Assembly: GCA_963664015.2 (NCBI GenBank)
Contig: CAXXLF010000002.1
Location: forward strand, 1,440,001-1,504,000
From: Candidatus Binatia bacterium
Lineage (GTDB): Bacteria; Desulfobacterota; Binatia; UBA9968; CAXXLF01
Direction: 5' to 3'
Length of the DNA: 64,000 nucleotides
In this document: piece by piece, positions 30,818 through 40,905 of the stretch
How positions within the stretch are numbered: the stretch's first letter is position 1
Layout: every line of letters begins with the position of its first letter
The notes under the pieces: generated by a model
Seen by the model: the letters and a program-made list of their open reading frames with translations, nothing else
What the model was told of the DNA's origin: nothing
Database searches by the model: none
Translations under genes and position numbers: made by a program

Positions 30818-33409
30818 TCATTGACTTTTAGATCCGGTCTGCTTCCCTAACCACTTGCCGATGGACTCGCGGTCCCGTTGGAGCCACAGCGTATTGGAGC
30901 GAATGCGTTCCAGGGACTGGCGAATGGTCCTTGCAGCGGCCGGAACCGGATTGGAACGGAAAAATTCTTCCACGTCTTTGGCCTTCTCCTCAGAATGGAA
31001 GTTGACCGTGGTAGACGAGATCACGCGGCCCAGGAGGAAGCCTCCCTTGCCGTAGCGACGATTAAACTCCGCCCACTGACCTTTGAGAAAACTCCATGCT
31101 AGCTCCCGACCCAGGCCGTTAGCGGCAACGCTTCCCACGAGTAACGGGGTGTCCTGCGCGCGCACCTCCGATGAAAAGGAGAGTTCCAGTGTGCGTTGGA
31201 GTAATTCCTGACTCCGGCTGTAACCCAAGGCCCGTAGACACCGGAGCCGCTCTTCGTGCAGATCGGCATTGCGAAAGAGATCGAGCATCGCTTCATAGGA
31301 GCCCTTGTCCCCGTTCTCGACAACCAACCGGTAGACCGGGAAGCGAAGATCGGGAGAGAGACTCTTTGGATCCTTCTGGAAGGCGGTGAAACGTCCCTTG
31401 GCCTGATCGATGGTCTTGGCATCCCCGTAGCCACCCAGCGCTCCAATCATCAGACCGCGAAGAAGCGTCGTAAGATGGGACTCACCGGCTTGTTTTTCCC
31501 AACCGACTCGACCGGCCGCCGGGCGGTAGAGATCGCGCGCAAATGTCCCGAAGTTCTCGTAGCAAGGGTCCCCCCATAACAGGACCTCCAGCTCATCCAG
31601 TCCCGATGCGAGATCCGCCCACACGGTGTAATCGGATTCGTTCTTGTAATACGCCGCCAGGTTAAGGACATGCTGGGTGGAGAGTTGCCCCGCTCGCGCC
31701 AGGGCAAAGGCATCGTTTTCCAGACCAAGGCGGTCTTCCGCCGGTAGCTCCATGGCCTCGACCGCTCGACTGAGCTCCGTCATCATGGTTGGTGGATACT
31801 TCACCCGGTAGAACCCCGTCTGTCCCTTGTTGACTTTGAGCCAGCCCTTTTTTTGACCTGCCAGGTCGATCTCTCCGGACCGATCCCCCAGAAGGGAAGC
31901 GGTCGCCTGGGGCAGGTCGGCACCGGCCACCCCGACAGGAACAGACCACTGGGCCGTATCCTTTTCTTTCCGAGGTATGCCACTTTGAAAAAATCGCGTT
32001 TGACTAAGTTTTAACGAACCGTCTCCTCCCTCCACCGTGAGGACCGGATAGCCGCCCTGCTTGGTCCACGTATCCATGATTGCCTTGACCGGTTTGCCCG
32101 AGGCCTCGCCCAGGGCTTGCCACAGGTCCTCGGTTGTGGCGTTGCTGTACTGATGCCGCTTCAGGTAATCGTGGAGCCCGCGGCGGAAGTCGTCTTCTCC
32201 CAGAAAGGCTGCCAGCATGCGAATAATCGATGATCCCTTGCTGTAGCTAATGGCATCGAAGATCTCGCTGATCTCATTGGGATCCTTGACCTCCACCTCG
32301 ATGGGATGGGTGCTCTCTAGACCGTCCAGATCCAGCGCTCGGCTGAGATCGCTATAGACAAACTGAGTCCATATCTGCCACTCGGGGAAGAGGTGATCCA
32401 CGGCCAGATACTCGATCCACGAGGCAAAGCCCTCGTTGAGCCAGAGGTGCGTCCACCACTCCATGGTAACGAGATTACCGAACCACTGATGGGCCAGCTC
32501 GTGGGCTATGACCACGGCAACGCGCTGGCGCGTGGCTTCTGAAGACTGCTCGGGGTCCACGAGTATGGCCGTCTCACGGTAGGTCACCGCGCCCCAGTTC
32601 TCCATGGCACCGGCAGCGAAATCTCCAATGGCGATCAGGTCCATCTTTGGCAGCGGATAGGGGAGGCCGAAGTAGTCATCAAAGAAGGACAGGGTCCGAC
32701 TGGCGACCTCTAATGCGAATCGCCCCTGCTCCTTTTTCCCCAGCGGCGTATAGACTCGTACCAACACACCTTCACGGCTCTTCTCCTCGACATAGTCCAA
32801 CTCCCCGACGATGAAAGCGAGAAGGTACGTCGACATGATAGGCGATTCACCGAAACGGACGACCTTCCGCCCGCCGTCCTCTGTATAGCTCTCCACAATG
32901 GGCATATTGGAGATCGCCACGCGATCCGGTGGGACCTTCAGTGTAACCTCGAAGGTCGCCTTGCGGGCGGGCTCATCCCAGCAGGGGAAGGCGCGCCGGG
33001 CGTCGGTGGCCTCGAACTGGGTTACCGCCATATTACGCTTGTCACCGCCTACGAGGTATTCGCTGCGATAAAAACCTCGCATCTGATCGTTGAGGGTACC
33101 TTTAGAAAACACCTTGAGGGTCGCCGGCCCCGTGTCAAGCGGCCGGTCGAACTCGAATGAAGCCGTCTCTTCCTTTTCGTCCAGTTGAATCCCCTTGGGT
33201 GTGTGTGACTCTCCTTTTTGCCGAAGCTCCACCGACTCAAATTCGAGCTCGGCGGCGTGGAGCACGATAAGGGACGTAGCCTTTTCAATCTGGATTTCGA
33301 TCTCGGTGCAGCCTTCAAAAGAGCAATGAGAAAGGTCGGGTGCTAGGGTAACCCGATACTTTTCAGGACGAACACCATCCGGCAACAGCACACGTTGCAA
33401 TCTTTCCAC
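30818..33409 (-). CDS. M1 family aminopeptidase with ERAP1-like C-terminal domain
   Basis: GAMENWG, HELAHQWFGN...WLNEG and YSKG motifs. Confidence 0.93.
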   Translation of the reverse strand: MERLQRVLLPDGVRPEKYRVTLAPDLSHCSFEGCTEIEIQIEKATSLIVLHAAELEFESVELRQKGESHTPKGIQLDEKEETASFEFDRPLDTGPATLKVFSKGTLNDQMRGFYRSEYLVGGDKRNMAVTQFEATDARRAFPCWDEPARKATFEVTLKVPPDRVAISNMPIVESYTEDGGRKVVRFGESPIMSTYLLAFIVGELDYVEEKSREGVLVRVYTPLGKKEQGRFALEVASRTLSFFDDYFGLPYPLPKMDLIAIGDFAAGAMENWGAVTYRETAILVDPEQSSEATRQRVAVVIAHELAHQWFGNLVTMEWWTHLWLNEGFASWIEYLAVDHLFPEWQIWTQFVYSDLSRALDLDGLESTHPIEVEVKDPNEISEIFDAISYSKGSSIIRMLAAFLGEDDFRRGLHDYLKRHQYSNATTEDLWQALGEASGKPVKAIMDTWTKQGGYPVLTVEGGDGSLKLSQTRFFQSGIPRKEKDTAQWSVPVGVAGADLPQATASLLGDRSGEIDLAGQKKGWLKVNKGQTGFYRVKYPPTMMTELSRAVEAMELPAEDRLGLENDAFALARAGQLSTQHVLNLAAYYKNESDYTVWADLASGLDELEVLLWGDPCYENFGTFARDLYRPAAGRVGWEKQAGESHLTTLLRGLMIGALGGYGDAKTIDQAKGRFTAFQKDPKSLSPDLRFPVYRLVVENGDKGSYEAMLDLFRNADLHEERLRCLRALGYSRSQELLQRTLELSFSSEVRAQDTPLLVGSVAANGLGRELAWSFLKGQWAEFNRRYGKGGFLLGRVISSTTVNFHSEEKAKDVEEFFRSNPVPAAARTIRQSLERIRSNTLWLQRDRESIGKWLGKQTGSKSQ

Positions 33410-33553
33410 AACAGCCTCCCTAAACCTCTGACACGAATTGTAATGACTCTGGTGGGACTGACCGGATCTATGGCCACCCCACCCTGACCCTAATAATTAG
33501 CATCCCAAGCTCACTACTTGCCAGAGGTAAGTCAATTATGTAACTTTTAATTG

Positions 33554-33826
33554 ATGCCTGATTCCATTGAGGTTACCCGGAAGGATTCTAAAACCTTTAC
33601 GGTCACCGTGAATGCAGCTACTCCAACCACACACACGGTTACCCTCGAACCTGAATACTATGAAAAGCTCGCCGGCGGCAAGGTCACGCCGGAAACGCTC
33701 ATTGAGAAATCCTTTGAATTCCTGCTTGAACACGAGAGCAACACGTCGATTCTATCCAGCTTCGACCTCCCCGTGATCGGCCGTTATTTCCCCGAATACG
33801 AACGGTCCGTCGTTCAGCGACTGTAG
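33554..33826 (+). CDS. conserved hypothetical protein
   Basis: Intact ORF with SFEFLLEHE.N.SIL..FDL..I.RYFPEYE motif. Confidence 0.8.
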   Translation: MPDSIEVTRKDSKTFTVTVNAATPTTHTVTLEPEYYEKLAGGKVTPETLIEKSFEFLLEHESNTSILSSFDLPVIGRYFPEYERSVVQRL

Positions 33827-34135
33827 GCGCAAACCAGTAAGACAGTAGGCAGGGGGCAGCAAGACGCAAAGCGACAGAAGTCAGAGATCAGCGAGGCCAG
33901 AAATACAGCAAGGCAGCGCTAAGATTTCAGCTTTGACCGCAAAGCGCATGGAGCATAGCGCAAAGCGTTCCGGTCTTAGCTATCAGCACTCAGCTTTTAG
34001 TTCCGGACTAGCCCGCAATTAGTGTTCGGTTGATAGGATTCGAATTCGAATTTCTTGCTGTGTTCTGCATACTGCCTTTCTGCTCACTGTCTTTCCGACC
34101 TCTGACTCCTGATCTCTGGCCTCTGATCTCCGGCG
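33827..34135. repeat. intergenic mosaic repeat block R4
   Basis: Begins at the stop codon; AGTAAGACAGTAGGCAG, CAGAAGT/CAGAGAT, GCAAAGC/GCATAGC modules and a pyrimidine-rich counter-half. Confidence 0.85.
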
Positions 34136-34342
34136 GCCCCCCCCCGGGGAACCTTTGGCGTCGGACAATTGTTATATCTACCGATATATAAGGATATAAG
34201 TATGGCTAGTAAGGAAAAAGGCTATCGACCCACCTGAGCTGGCAAGGCATGGGGCGCGCTCCTGTTAGGGGCGGTCATGGTTGGGGTTTGGCTCATAAAG
34301 TGTCTGATGGGTTGAGGAAATCTACAATTTTCTGAATCCGGG

Positions 34343-34875
34343 CTAGTGCTTGGCCCCGGGGACGGAATTATTAACGGCCCCCTCGATCGACTTGGCCCGC
34401 CTCCGCTCGTTGGCTGGCCGGCTCTTACCATCCCACCCGATCTGGTCCATGGCTGCGTAGATCTCGATATTGAAACCGTTAAAATCCTGAAACTCCACCC
34501 CCACATTGCATCCCGGTCCCCGGCGACCTTCGAACTGGATCACCAAACCCTTGGCTCGCAAGAAATCACGAATTGTATATAGCTCCGAGACGCTGCTCAC
34601 CTCCAGGGCACAGTGGCTGAACCTGACCCCATCGGCATTAGGAACCTTGCCCGAATCCACAGCCGGGGCCAAGCCCATGGTATGGTGATCCGAGGTATTG
34701 CGTAAAAAGACCATACCCCGGTCGTTTCGGTCCGTGATGTGAAAGCCCATGATCTCGGTCCAGAAACGGGTGGTCCGCTCTACGTCGGAGACATTGAAAA
34801 CCACATGTCCTACTTTCTGACCCGCACCGGCGAGTTCTGCCCTTCAGCCTGCGTGTTGGATCCTTCGTTGGCCAT
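34343..34875 (-). pseudogene. VOC/glyoxalase family protein with a 1-nt frameshift near the 5' end
   Basis: GGAGG+ATG at 34875 reads MANEG...PVRVRK*, while the KVGHVVFNV...HH..FSHCALE..IEIY body is in another frame (shift at ~34815). Confidence 0.7.
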
Positions 34876-34928
34876 GCGACACCTCCCCTGATTTACACCG
34901 GAATTAAAAGTTTAAACTCGATAGTGGG

Positions 34929-35930
34929 TCAAATTTTTAGCAACCGCCGGGCATTTCCCTCGAGGATCTCCCGCTTCTCCGCTTCGGGACAATCAAGGCC
35001 CAGGACCGTTTCCACGTTCATAAAATCTCCCAGGGTATACGGATAATCGGTCCCCACCATGAGCCGGTCCGAACCGGCAATACGTTTCAGGTATTCGAGA
35101 GTATCTACGCGATAGACGAGCGTATCGAAGTAGAGGTTCTTTTTGAGGTAAACGCTGGACGCCGAGACTGAATCTGCACCCCGTGCCCCCATACGAACCT
35201 TATGGCCCCGGTCAAAGCGCCCCAGATGGTAGGGAAAGAAACCACCGCCATGGAGGGAACAGAGCTTCAAGTTGGGGAAGCGATCGAAGACGCCGCTAAA
35301 GCTCATCAGGCCGAGAGAAAGGGCGCTGTCCGCCGGATTGCCGCAGATTTGGAGCATTCCATAAGGGTCCATACGCTCCGCTCCGGCCACGTCTTCGGGG
35401 TGCATAACGATCAGAGCATCCAGCTCCTCGGCCTTCTTCCAGAAGGGGTCGAACTCCTGGCTGTTGTAATAGTTCCCGTTCACGTTGGTGCCGATATAAC
35501 CACCGCGGCACTTGAGCTCTACCATGGCATGCTTGAGAACCTTGGCGGCCCGCACCGGGTCCTGGAGCGGCACGGCGGCCATGGTAACGAAACGGTCCGG
35601 ATACTGCCGCTCGAGTTCGGCCAACCCTTCATTATAGAGGCGGCACCAGGTCTCCCCCCCCGGACCGTCCAGTTGGTAGCTGAGACAGGCCGTATGGGGC
35701 TCGAGGGCGGCAATGGCGATCATCCCCTTGTCCATGGCCTCCAAGCGGGGTTCCACCCCCACGAGGCTGGGGATAACGACAAAGGATTTGCGTCCGGCAA
35801 AAGTGAATGTGGGCTGCCCTGCTTTACCCTCCCCGACTTCTACGCCGATGGACTTGCCGCTTTTTCTCATCTCCTCGATCAACCCCGGCGGGACGTAGTG
35901 ATGGTGAATATCTATAGCGCATCGATCCAT
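34929..35930 (-). CDS. amidohydrolase_2 (ACMSD-like decarboxylase/hydratase)
   Basis: IDIHHH, MHP, HGGG and GTDYP motifs. Confidence 0.9.
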   Translation of the reverse strand: MDRCAIDIHHHYVPPGLIEEMRKSGKSIGVEVGEGKAGQPTFTFAGRKSFVVIPSLVGVEPRLEAMDKGMIAIAALEPHTACLSYQLDGPGGETWCRLYNEGLAELERQYPDRFVTMAAVPLQDPVRAAKVLKHAMVELKCRGGYIGTNVNGNYYNSQEFDPFWKKAEELDALIVMHPEDVAGAERMDPYGMLQICGNPADSALSLGLMSFSGVFDRFPNLKLCSLHGGGFFPYHLGRFDRGHKVRMGARGADSVSASSVYLKKNLYFDTLVYRVDTLEYLKRIAGSDRLMVGTDYPYTLGDFMNVETVLGLDCPEAEKREILEGNARRLLKI

Positions 35931-36123
35931 AATGGGTCTCCTGTCTACGGCCCGGTTAGCATACTGCCGCGATTAACGTCAATCCCACTGCGTGATTCGT
36001 GGGACGACCTGTTCTTACACGATTTATAATAAACTATATCAACCACGGGGTTTAAATCCTCGTGTTCTATATAACTTTAAAAGGAAAGAGCTACCGCTTC
36101 TCCCCTTTGGAAGCCCCATCAGT

Positions 36124-36200
36124 CCTTCGACTCTGCTCAGGATGGTGAGCGTGCCCTTTGAGAGCCTCAGGGCCATGAGCTTGTCGAATCGGTCGAACCA
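36124..36200. repeat. nested REP-like element
   Basis: CCTTCGAC..GCTCAGG..GTGAGC..GTCGAACC with a second copy inserted at 36154-36190; relatives at 58012-58050 and 62343-62389. Confidence 0.7.
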
Positions 36201-36237
36201 TTATGTGCCCGCGGCAAGCCGCGGGGCTCCCTAATAA

Positions 36238-36651
36238 TCAAGACGATCCATCCAGAATGGGTAGATGGGACTCGTCAATTGCCGCCCAGTTCACCCGGCT
36301 GGCCCACTGCTTGTGAGCTGTAGGCCGGGTCGCCGGTTCGTCGTCCAGCGTCCCGGCGGGGATGATCACCTGCTCGCCGTTGCGCGTCGCATGGGGCACA
36401 GGGGAACCGCAGTGTCTGCAGGTGCAAGTGGCAAAGCTCTGGGCCTCCGGCAGGTCGTAGCGAAATATAAGCTCCTCCCCCACGGTCCAACGGAACTGAT
36501 CCATCGGCACTGCTATATTCGTCGCCCGCACCCCACCCGTCGCCTTCCTGCAGCGCCGGCAGTAGCAGTGGCTGAACCTGAGGAATGGGGTATCCACCTC
36601 ATACCGAACCGACTTGCAAAGACAACTTCCGTGAAACACTGTTTCCGCCAT
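36238..36651 (-). CDS. GFA/CENP-V family zinc protein
   Basis: GSCLCKSV, CYCRRC and C.HCGS motifs. Confidence 0.9.
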   Translation of the reverse strand: MAETVFHGSCLCKSVRYEVDTPFLRFSHCYCRRCRKATGGVRATNIAVPMDQFRWTVGEELIFRYDLPEAQSFATCTCRHCGSPVPHATRNGEQVIIPAGTLDDEPATRPTAHKQWASRVNWAAIDESHLPILDGSS

Positions 36652-36729
36652 TCGACCTCTCCTTTTTCCCGGCCCGCCAGACTTAAAGATAACCTATGCA
36701 ACCTTCCAAACCTTAGCAAGTACTCACGA

Positions 36730-37065
36730 CATAGAGCAAAGCACTAGACAGTAAGACCGTAGGCAGTATGCAGAGGGCTGCAAGATGCAAAGCACATAGG
36801 GCAGGGCGCAGCAGAAGTTAAAAGGGAAAGGTAAAAAGGGAAAAAACAAAGAAGGCTGTCAGCTATCAGCTTTCAGCTCCGGACTCACGAGTGTCAAGAT
36901 TTGGACCATGAATTCTCTTCGTTGATCACTTAATACTATTCCGGCCCCCCCCGGTCTTCTGTCTTTCTGACTTCTGACCTTCGACCTCTGATCTATGATC
37001 TCCGTCTTACTGCTTACTGTCTTTCTTTTCCCCCATACTTTACGCTATGCTCTTGGCTCTTTGCT
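36730..37065. repeat. intergenic mosaic repeat block R6
   Basis: Shared modules; 36805-36863 is the reverse complement of 39691-39749 (56/59). Confidence 0.85.
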
Positions 37066-37133
37066 GTAAGGGTTTCATGCTCGCATCCAGACCAAGGAAT
37101 TTAAAATAGTCCTGAGAACAAAGGAAATGCCCT

Positions 37134-38375
37134 GTGAGCAACGCTAAGCCTAAAAGTGGGATTTACTCGCGCTACAATTTTTTATCCATTTACATCCCGG
37201 CAATGACGCTGGCCGTAGGGACAGGGATCATCATCCCGGTCCTCCCCATCTTCGCAAAATCCTTCCAGGTTACCTTTGAAGTTGCCTCCCTCGTCATTAT
37301 CATGCAGCAGCTGGGGGTAACCCTGGCGAGTCTCCCGACCGGTCTTCTTCTGGACCGCATCGGACGCCGGAAGGTGGTGCTGGCTGGCCCGATACTGCTC
37401 TCTCTCTCATCGTTCCTCACCGTTATAGCGCGCTCATTTCCAGAGTTGCTCTTCTATCGCTTCATCGGCGGGGTAGGACAGCAGATGTGGCAGCTCGGCC
37501 GACTGACAATGATCGCCGATACGGGGGCTGACCGGGAACGGGGACGCCAAATCACGACCATGAGCGCCATGGAGAACGCCGGACGGCTCTTCGCGCCAGC
37601 CCTCGGAGGGTTTGTCGCCGTTATTTGGGACATCCGCGCCCCGTTTATTGTCCATGGGTTGCTCTCGCTCGCAGCCATTATCCCAAGTTTCAAGTTGGTG
37701 CGAGAGACGGCTCCCCACCTGACGAATGATAGTAAGGGTGAGCAAGCCGATTCAGGGCCGGACGCGGGATTCAGGGCGCTGCTCACGTATCAGGTGATTA
37801 TATTCTTTGTCGCCCAATTCTTGGCTTCACTGACAAGGGGCCCGATATTTTCCGGACAGATCAACTTTTACGGTGCCTACGCCTATGACCTGGGACCGCA
37901 AACCATCGGCATCCTCGCAACTGCGGTGACGGCCATTGCCATCCCTATCACGCTGGGCGCGGGTTACATTATGGACCGCTACGGGCGCAAGGCCACTCTA
38001 GTACCCGGTTTCTCCTTGCTGACTGTAGCACTGATTTTTATCGGTATTACGGATTACACAAGCTCGTCCTTCAAGATCTTTGTGATCGCGTACCTCTGTG
38101 TCTTCACCAGCAACGCCATTACCGGCAGCAACATGCAGGCACTGGGGTCAGACATCGCCCCCAAGAAGGCCCGGGGAAAATTCTTCGGAGTTTGGACTAC
38201 GGTGGGGACCTTCGGCGCTCCTACCAGCACATCCATTTTCGCTTTGCTCTCTGCTGCAAGGGGATACTGGGCAGCCTTTGGCTTCCTCAGCGTGATGGCG
38301 CTCAGCACGGCCGTTATTCTCGGTACCCAGGTGCGTGATCGCTTACGAGAAAAGCCGAACCCCAAGACGGAGTGA
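37134..38375 (+). CDS. MFS transporter
   Basis: About 12 hydrophobic segments; GLLLDRIGRR and MDRYGRK loop motifs. Confidence 0.92.
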   Translation: MSNAKPKSGIYSRYNFLSIYIPAMTLAVGTGIIIPVLPIFAKSFQVTFEVASLVIIMQQLGVTLASLPTGLLLDRIGRRKVVLAGPILLSLSSFLTVIARSFPELLFYRFIGGVGQQMWQLGRLTMIADTGADRERGRQITTMSAMENAGRLFAPALGGFVAVIWDIRAPFIVHGLLSLAAIIPSFKLVRETAPHLTNDSKGEQADSGPDAGFRALLTYQVIIFFVAQFLASLTRGPIFSGQINFYGAYAYDLGPQTIGILATAVTAIAIPITLGAGYIMDRYGRKATLVPGFSLLTVALIFIGITDYTSSSFKIFVIAYLCVFTSNAITGSNMQALGSDIAPKKARGKFFGVWTTVGTFGAPTSTSIFALLSAARGYWAAFGFLSVMALSTAVILGTQVRDRLREKPNPKTE

Positions 38376-38497
38376 AGGGGGTGGGAGGAACGGTCTCGGG
38401 GTTCTGATCTAGCGGGTCAAAGATAAGAAAGATAAGCACGCCCACGAACGTCGAACACGGCCATGAGTGCAATCAAGGAGGCAGGGAGGAAAGATCT

Positions 38498-38911
38498 ATG
38501 ACCATTGCGGAAGCCAAGGAGTTTTTGAAAGACAAACACCACGGCGTCCTGGTAGCGCGGAAGAAGGATGGCTCGCTTCAAATGACACTGGTTTCTCCCG
38601 TACTCGGTTTCTCGGGGAACGTAATCATCACTAGCCGGGGGGGGACCTACAAGGTCAAAAACATCAAACGCAATCCGCAGATTTCACTGCTAATCTTTGG
38701 CGATGAGTTTCACGGTTCCAACTACATCCAGATCGACGGCCAGGCAGAGGTCGTCCCCCAACCCCAGGCCATGGATCTCGTTCTCGACTGGCACCGCCAG
38801 ATCCGGGGAGAGCCGACCGACTGGGGTGCGATCCGAGAAAAGACCCTGGCTGAAGACCGCATCGCCATGCGGATCACCATTGAAAGAGTCGGCCCCCAGA
38901 AGAACAATTGA
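38498..38911 (+). CDS. PPOX-class (pyridoxamine 5'-phosphate oxidase-like, possibly F420-binding) protein
   Basis: KDGSLQ, KVKNIKRNPQISL and YIQIDG.AE motifs. Confidence 0.82.
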   Translation: MTIAEAKEFLKDKHHGVLVARKKDGSLQMTLVSPVLGFSGNVIITSRGGTYKVKNIKRNPQISLLIFGDEFHGSNYIQIDGQAEVVPQPQAMDLVLDWHRQIRGEPTDWGAIREKTLAEDRIAMRITIERVGPQKNN

Positions 38912-38943
38912 CGGTTTCACGAGCACGAGACACGTCGAAACAC

Positions 38944-39426
38944 TTAATGCAGATAGCCGCTACCGCCGGAGCCCTGCGACAGGGCGAAGGAGAGATTGGA
39001 GCGAACGGCCCCCATATGGGGATTGATCTCGAGGGCCTTACGAAAGCAGATCGCCGCCTCGTCAAACTGATCGAGGGACATATGGCATAACCCCTGACCC
39101 GAGTAAGCGGCAAAGTGATTGGGATTGCGCACTACGGTCTCTCGGCAATCGTCGATAGAATCCGCATACCTCTTTGCCATGAAACGTACCGTGGCGCGCT
39201 TGTTCCAGCCTTCGGCAAAGTCGGGGGCAAGACCCATCACACGAGTGAACAGCTCTTCGGCCTCGTCCAGTTCGCGGCGCTGTAGGGCCTCGACGCCGGA
39301 TCGAAAGACCTTGTCCGCTTCCGGGCTGTTCGACCGACACCAGCAACTCCAGAGAAAGGCTTCCGCCGTCGCCGCCAGCGTACGGTCCTTGCCCTTCAAA
39401 GCTGTCAAAGCCTCCGCCTCAGTCAT
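38944..39426 (-). CDS. TPR repeat protein
   Basis: PDFAEGWNKRATV and PNHFAAYSGQG TPR motifs; paralog at 52980. Confidence 0.85.
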   Translation of the reverse strand: MTEAEALTALKGKDRTLAATAEAFLWSCWCRSNSPEADKVFRSGVEALQRRELDEAEELFTRVMGLAPDFAEGWNKRATVRFMAKRYADSIDDCRETVVRNPNHFAAYSGQGLCHMSLDQFDEAAICFRKALEINPHMGAVRSNLSFALSQGSGGSGYLH

Positions 39427-39434
39427 TCTCACCC

Positions 39435-39805
39435 GCAAAGCGCATTGCGCATAATGTTTGTCTTTGGCGTTTAGTGTTCAGTTACCGTCCTTAGTCGTTA
39501 GTCGCTGATGAGATCTCAAATTTCAAATAATGCCAAAATCCGGAACTCTAAACAATATCAAAATTCAAATTACCAAAGCCCTAAACTATCCAATGCTGTA
39601 GTTTCGAAATTAGGCATTCTGTTATTTGACTTTATTTCGGATTTAGGATTTCGTTATTCGATTTTCGAAACTGTCTTTTTTCTTGGCATGGCTGACAGCC
39701 TTCTTTGTTTTTTGCCTTTTTACTTTTCCCTTTTAACTTGTGCTGCGCCATGCTCTTTGCCCTTTGCTATATTCTTGCATGACCTCTGTCTCTTTCCGCC
39801 TTGCC
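39435..39805. repeat. intergenic mosaic repeat block R7
   Basis: TCGTTAG heptamers, AT-rich imperfect inverted pair 39511-39586/39601-39666, TTTTTACTTTTCCCTTTTAACTTG module. Confidence 0.85.
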
Positions 39806-39806
39806 T

Positions 39807-40892
39807 CTACGGAAAATTAATCACCGCCTTGACCACCCGGTAGCTCGCCATGGCCTCCAGCGCCTCATTAACCTGTTCCAAAGAATAGCTGGCAGTAATC
39901 ATCTCCTCGAAGGGGAAGGTCTCCTTACGCGATGCCAGGAAGTCGATTGCTTGCAGCCAGTGACGGGGTTCCCCGGACCGAATGGTGTGGAATGTGATCT
40001 CTTCGGGAATCCGGTTCACGGCGATCTCGGCTTTTCCGCCGGCGCCGATGCACACGTACCTACCGCCAGCGCGCAGAAGGGTGAGTCCCTCGGGCACCGC
40101 CATGTTGTTCGCCACCTGAATCACGACATCGGCCCCACGCCCGGCGGTGTGGTCGTGTACCCACATTTGCCGATCGGCTGCGTCGGTCACCTCTTCCAGG
40201 TTCAGAACCTCGTCCGCACCCATACGCTTTGTCACCTCCAGGCGCGCCGCCGGTGCCCCGATCACCAGCACCTGTTTAGCCCCGTGGTCTCGCGCCACCG
40301 CAGTCGCGAAGTTGCCCAGGGGACCGCTCCCCTGGATGACCACCGTCTCGTGGCTCTTGATCGCTCCCAGCCGGTCGTAACCATGCATTACCGTACGGTA
40401 CGCGCAGGCGGCGGCCGCCGCCGATGCGGAAGAGACCTCCTCGGGTACCCGCACGATCTGGCACTCGGGCGGGACGTACATGTACTCGGCGCAGCTCCCC
40501 AGGAGGTACGGGTGGCGATCGCTCCGGTTATGCCCCCACGAGGCACGACCACGGCAGATGCAGGGTTGCACCGCAACGGTACAGTAGTAGCAGTGTCCGC
40601 AGCTAACGTAACTCCACACGACCCGGTCGCCCGGTTTTACCGGGTTGCCCAAGATGTCCGTTCGCTCCCCGTTGATCTCTTCGATGATCCCGCACGGCTC
40701 ATGCCCCGTGATGATGGGCAGTGAATCTTTAGCCGTCAGGGGACCATGCCAGCGGTGGACGTCGGTTCCACAAAGCGTCGAGGCCACGATTCGCACCAGT
40801 AGGGAACCCGGGTCCAGCTTTGGGATCGGGACCCGTTGGATCTCCAGCGGTTGGTTATGTGCCGTGATGACGGCGGCGCGACAGTCGTTCAT
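39807..40892 (-). CDS. zinc-binding alcohol dehydrogenase (MDR)
   Basis: CGTDVH, GHE, CGHCYYC..C and GSGPLG motifs. Confidence 0.92.
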   Translation of the reverse strand: MNDCRAAVITAHNQPLEIQRVPIPKLDPGSLLVRIVASTLCGTDVHRWHGPLTAKDSLPIITGHEPCGIIEEINGERTDILGNPVKPGDRVVWSYVSCGHCYYCTVAVQPCICRGRASWGHNRSDRHPYLLGSCAEYMYVPPECQIVRVPEEVSSASAAAAACAYRTVMHGYDRLGAIKSHETVVIQGSGPLGNFATAVARDHGAKQVLVIGAPAARLEVTKRMGADEVLNLEEVTDAADRQMWVHDHTAGRGADVVIQVANNMAVPEGLTLLRAGGRYVCIGAGGKAEIAVNRIPEEITFHTIRSGEPRHWLQAIDFLASRKETFPFEEMITASYSLEQVNEALEAMASYRVVKAVINFP

Positions 40893-40905
40893 GGGTATTT
40901 CTCCT

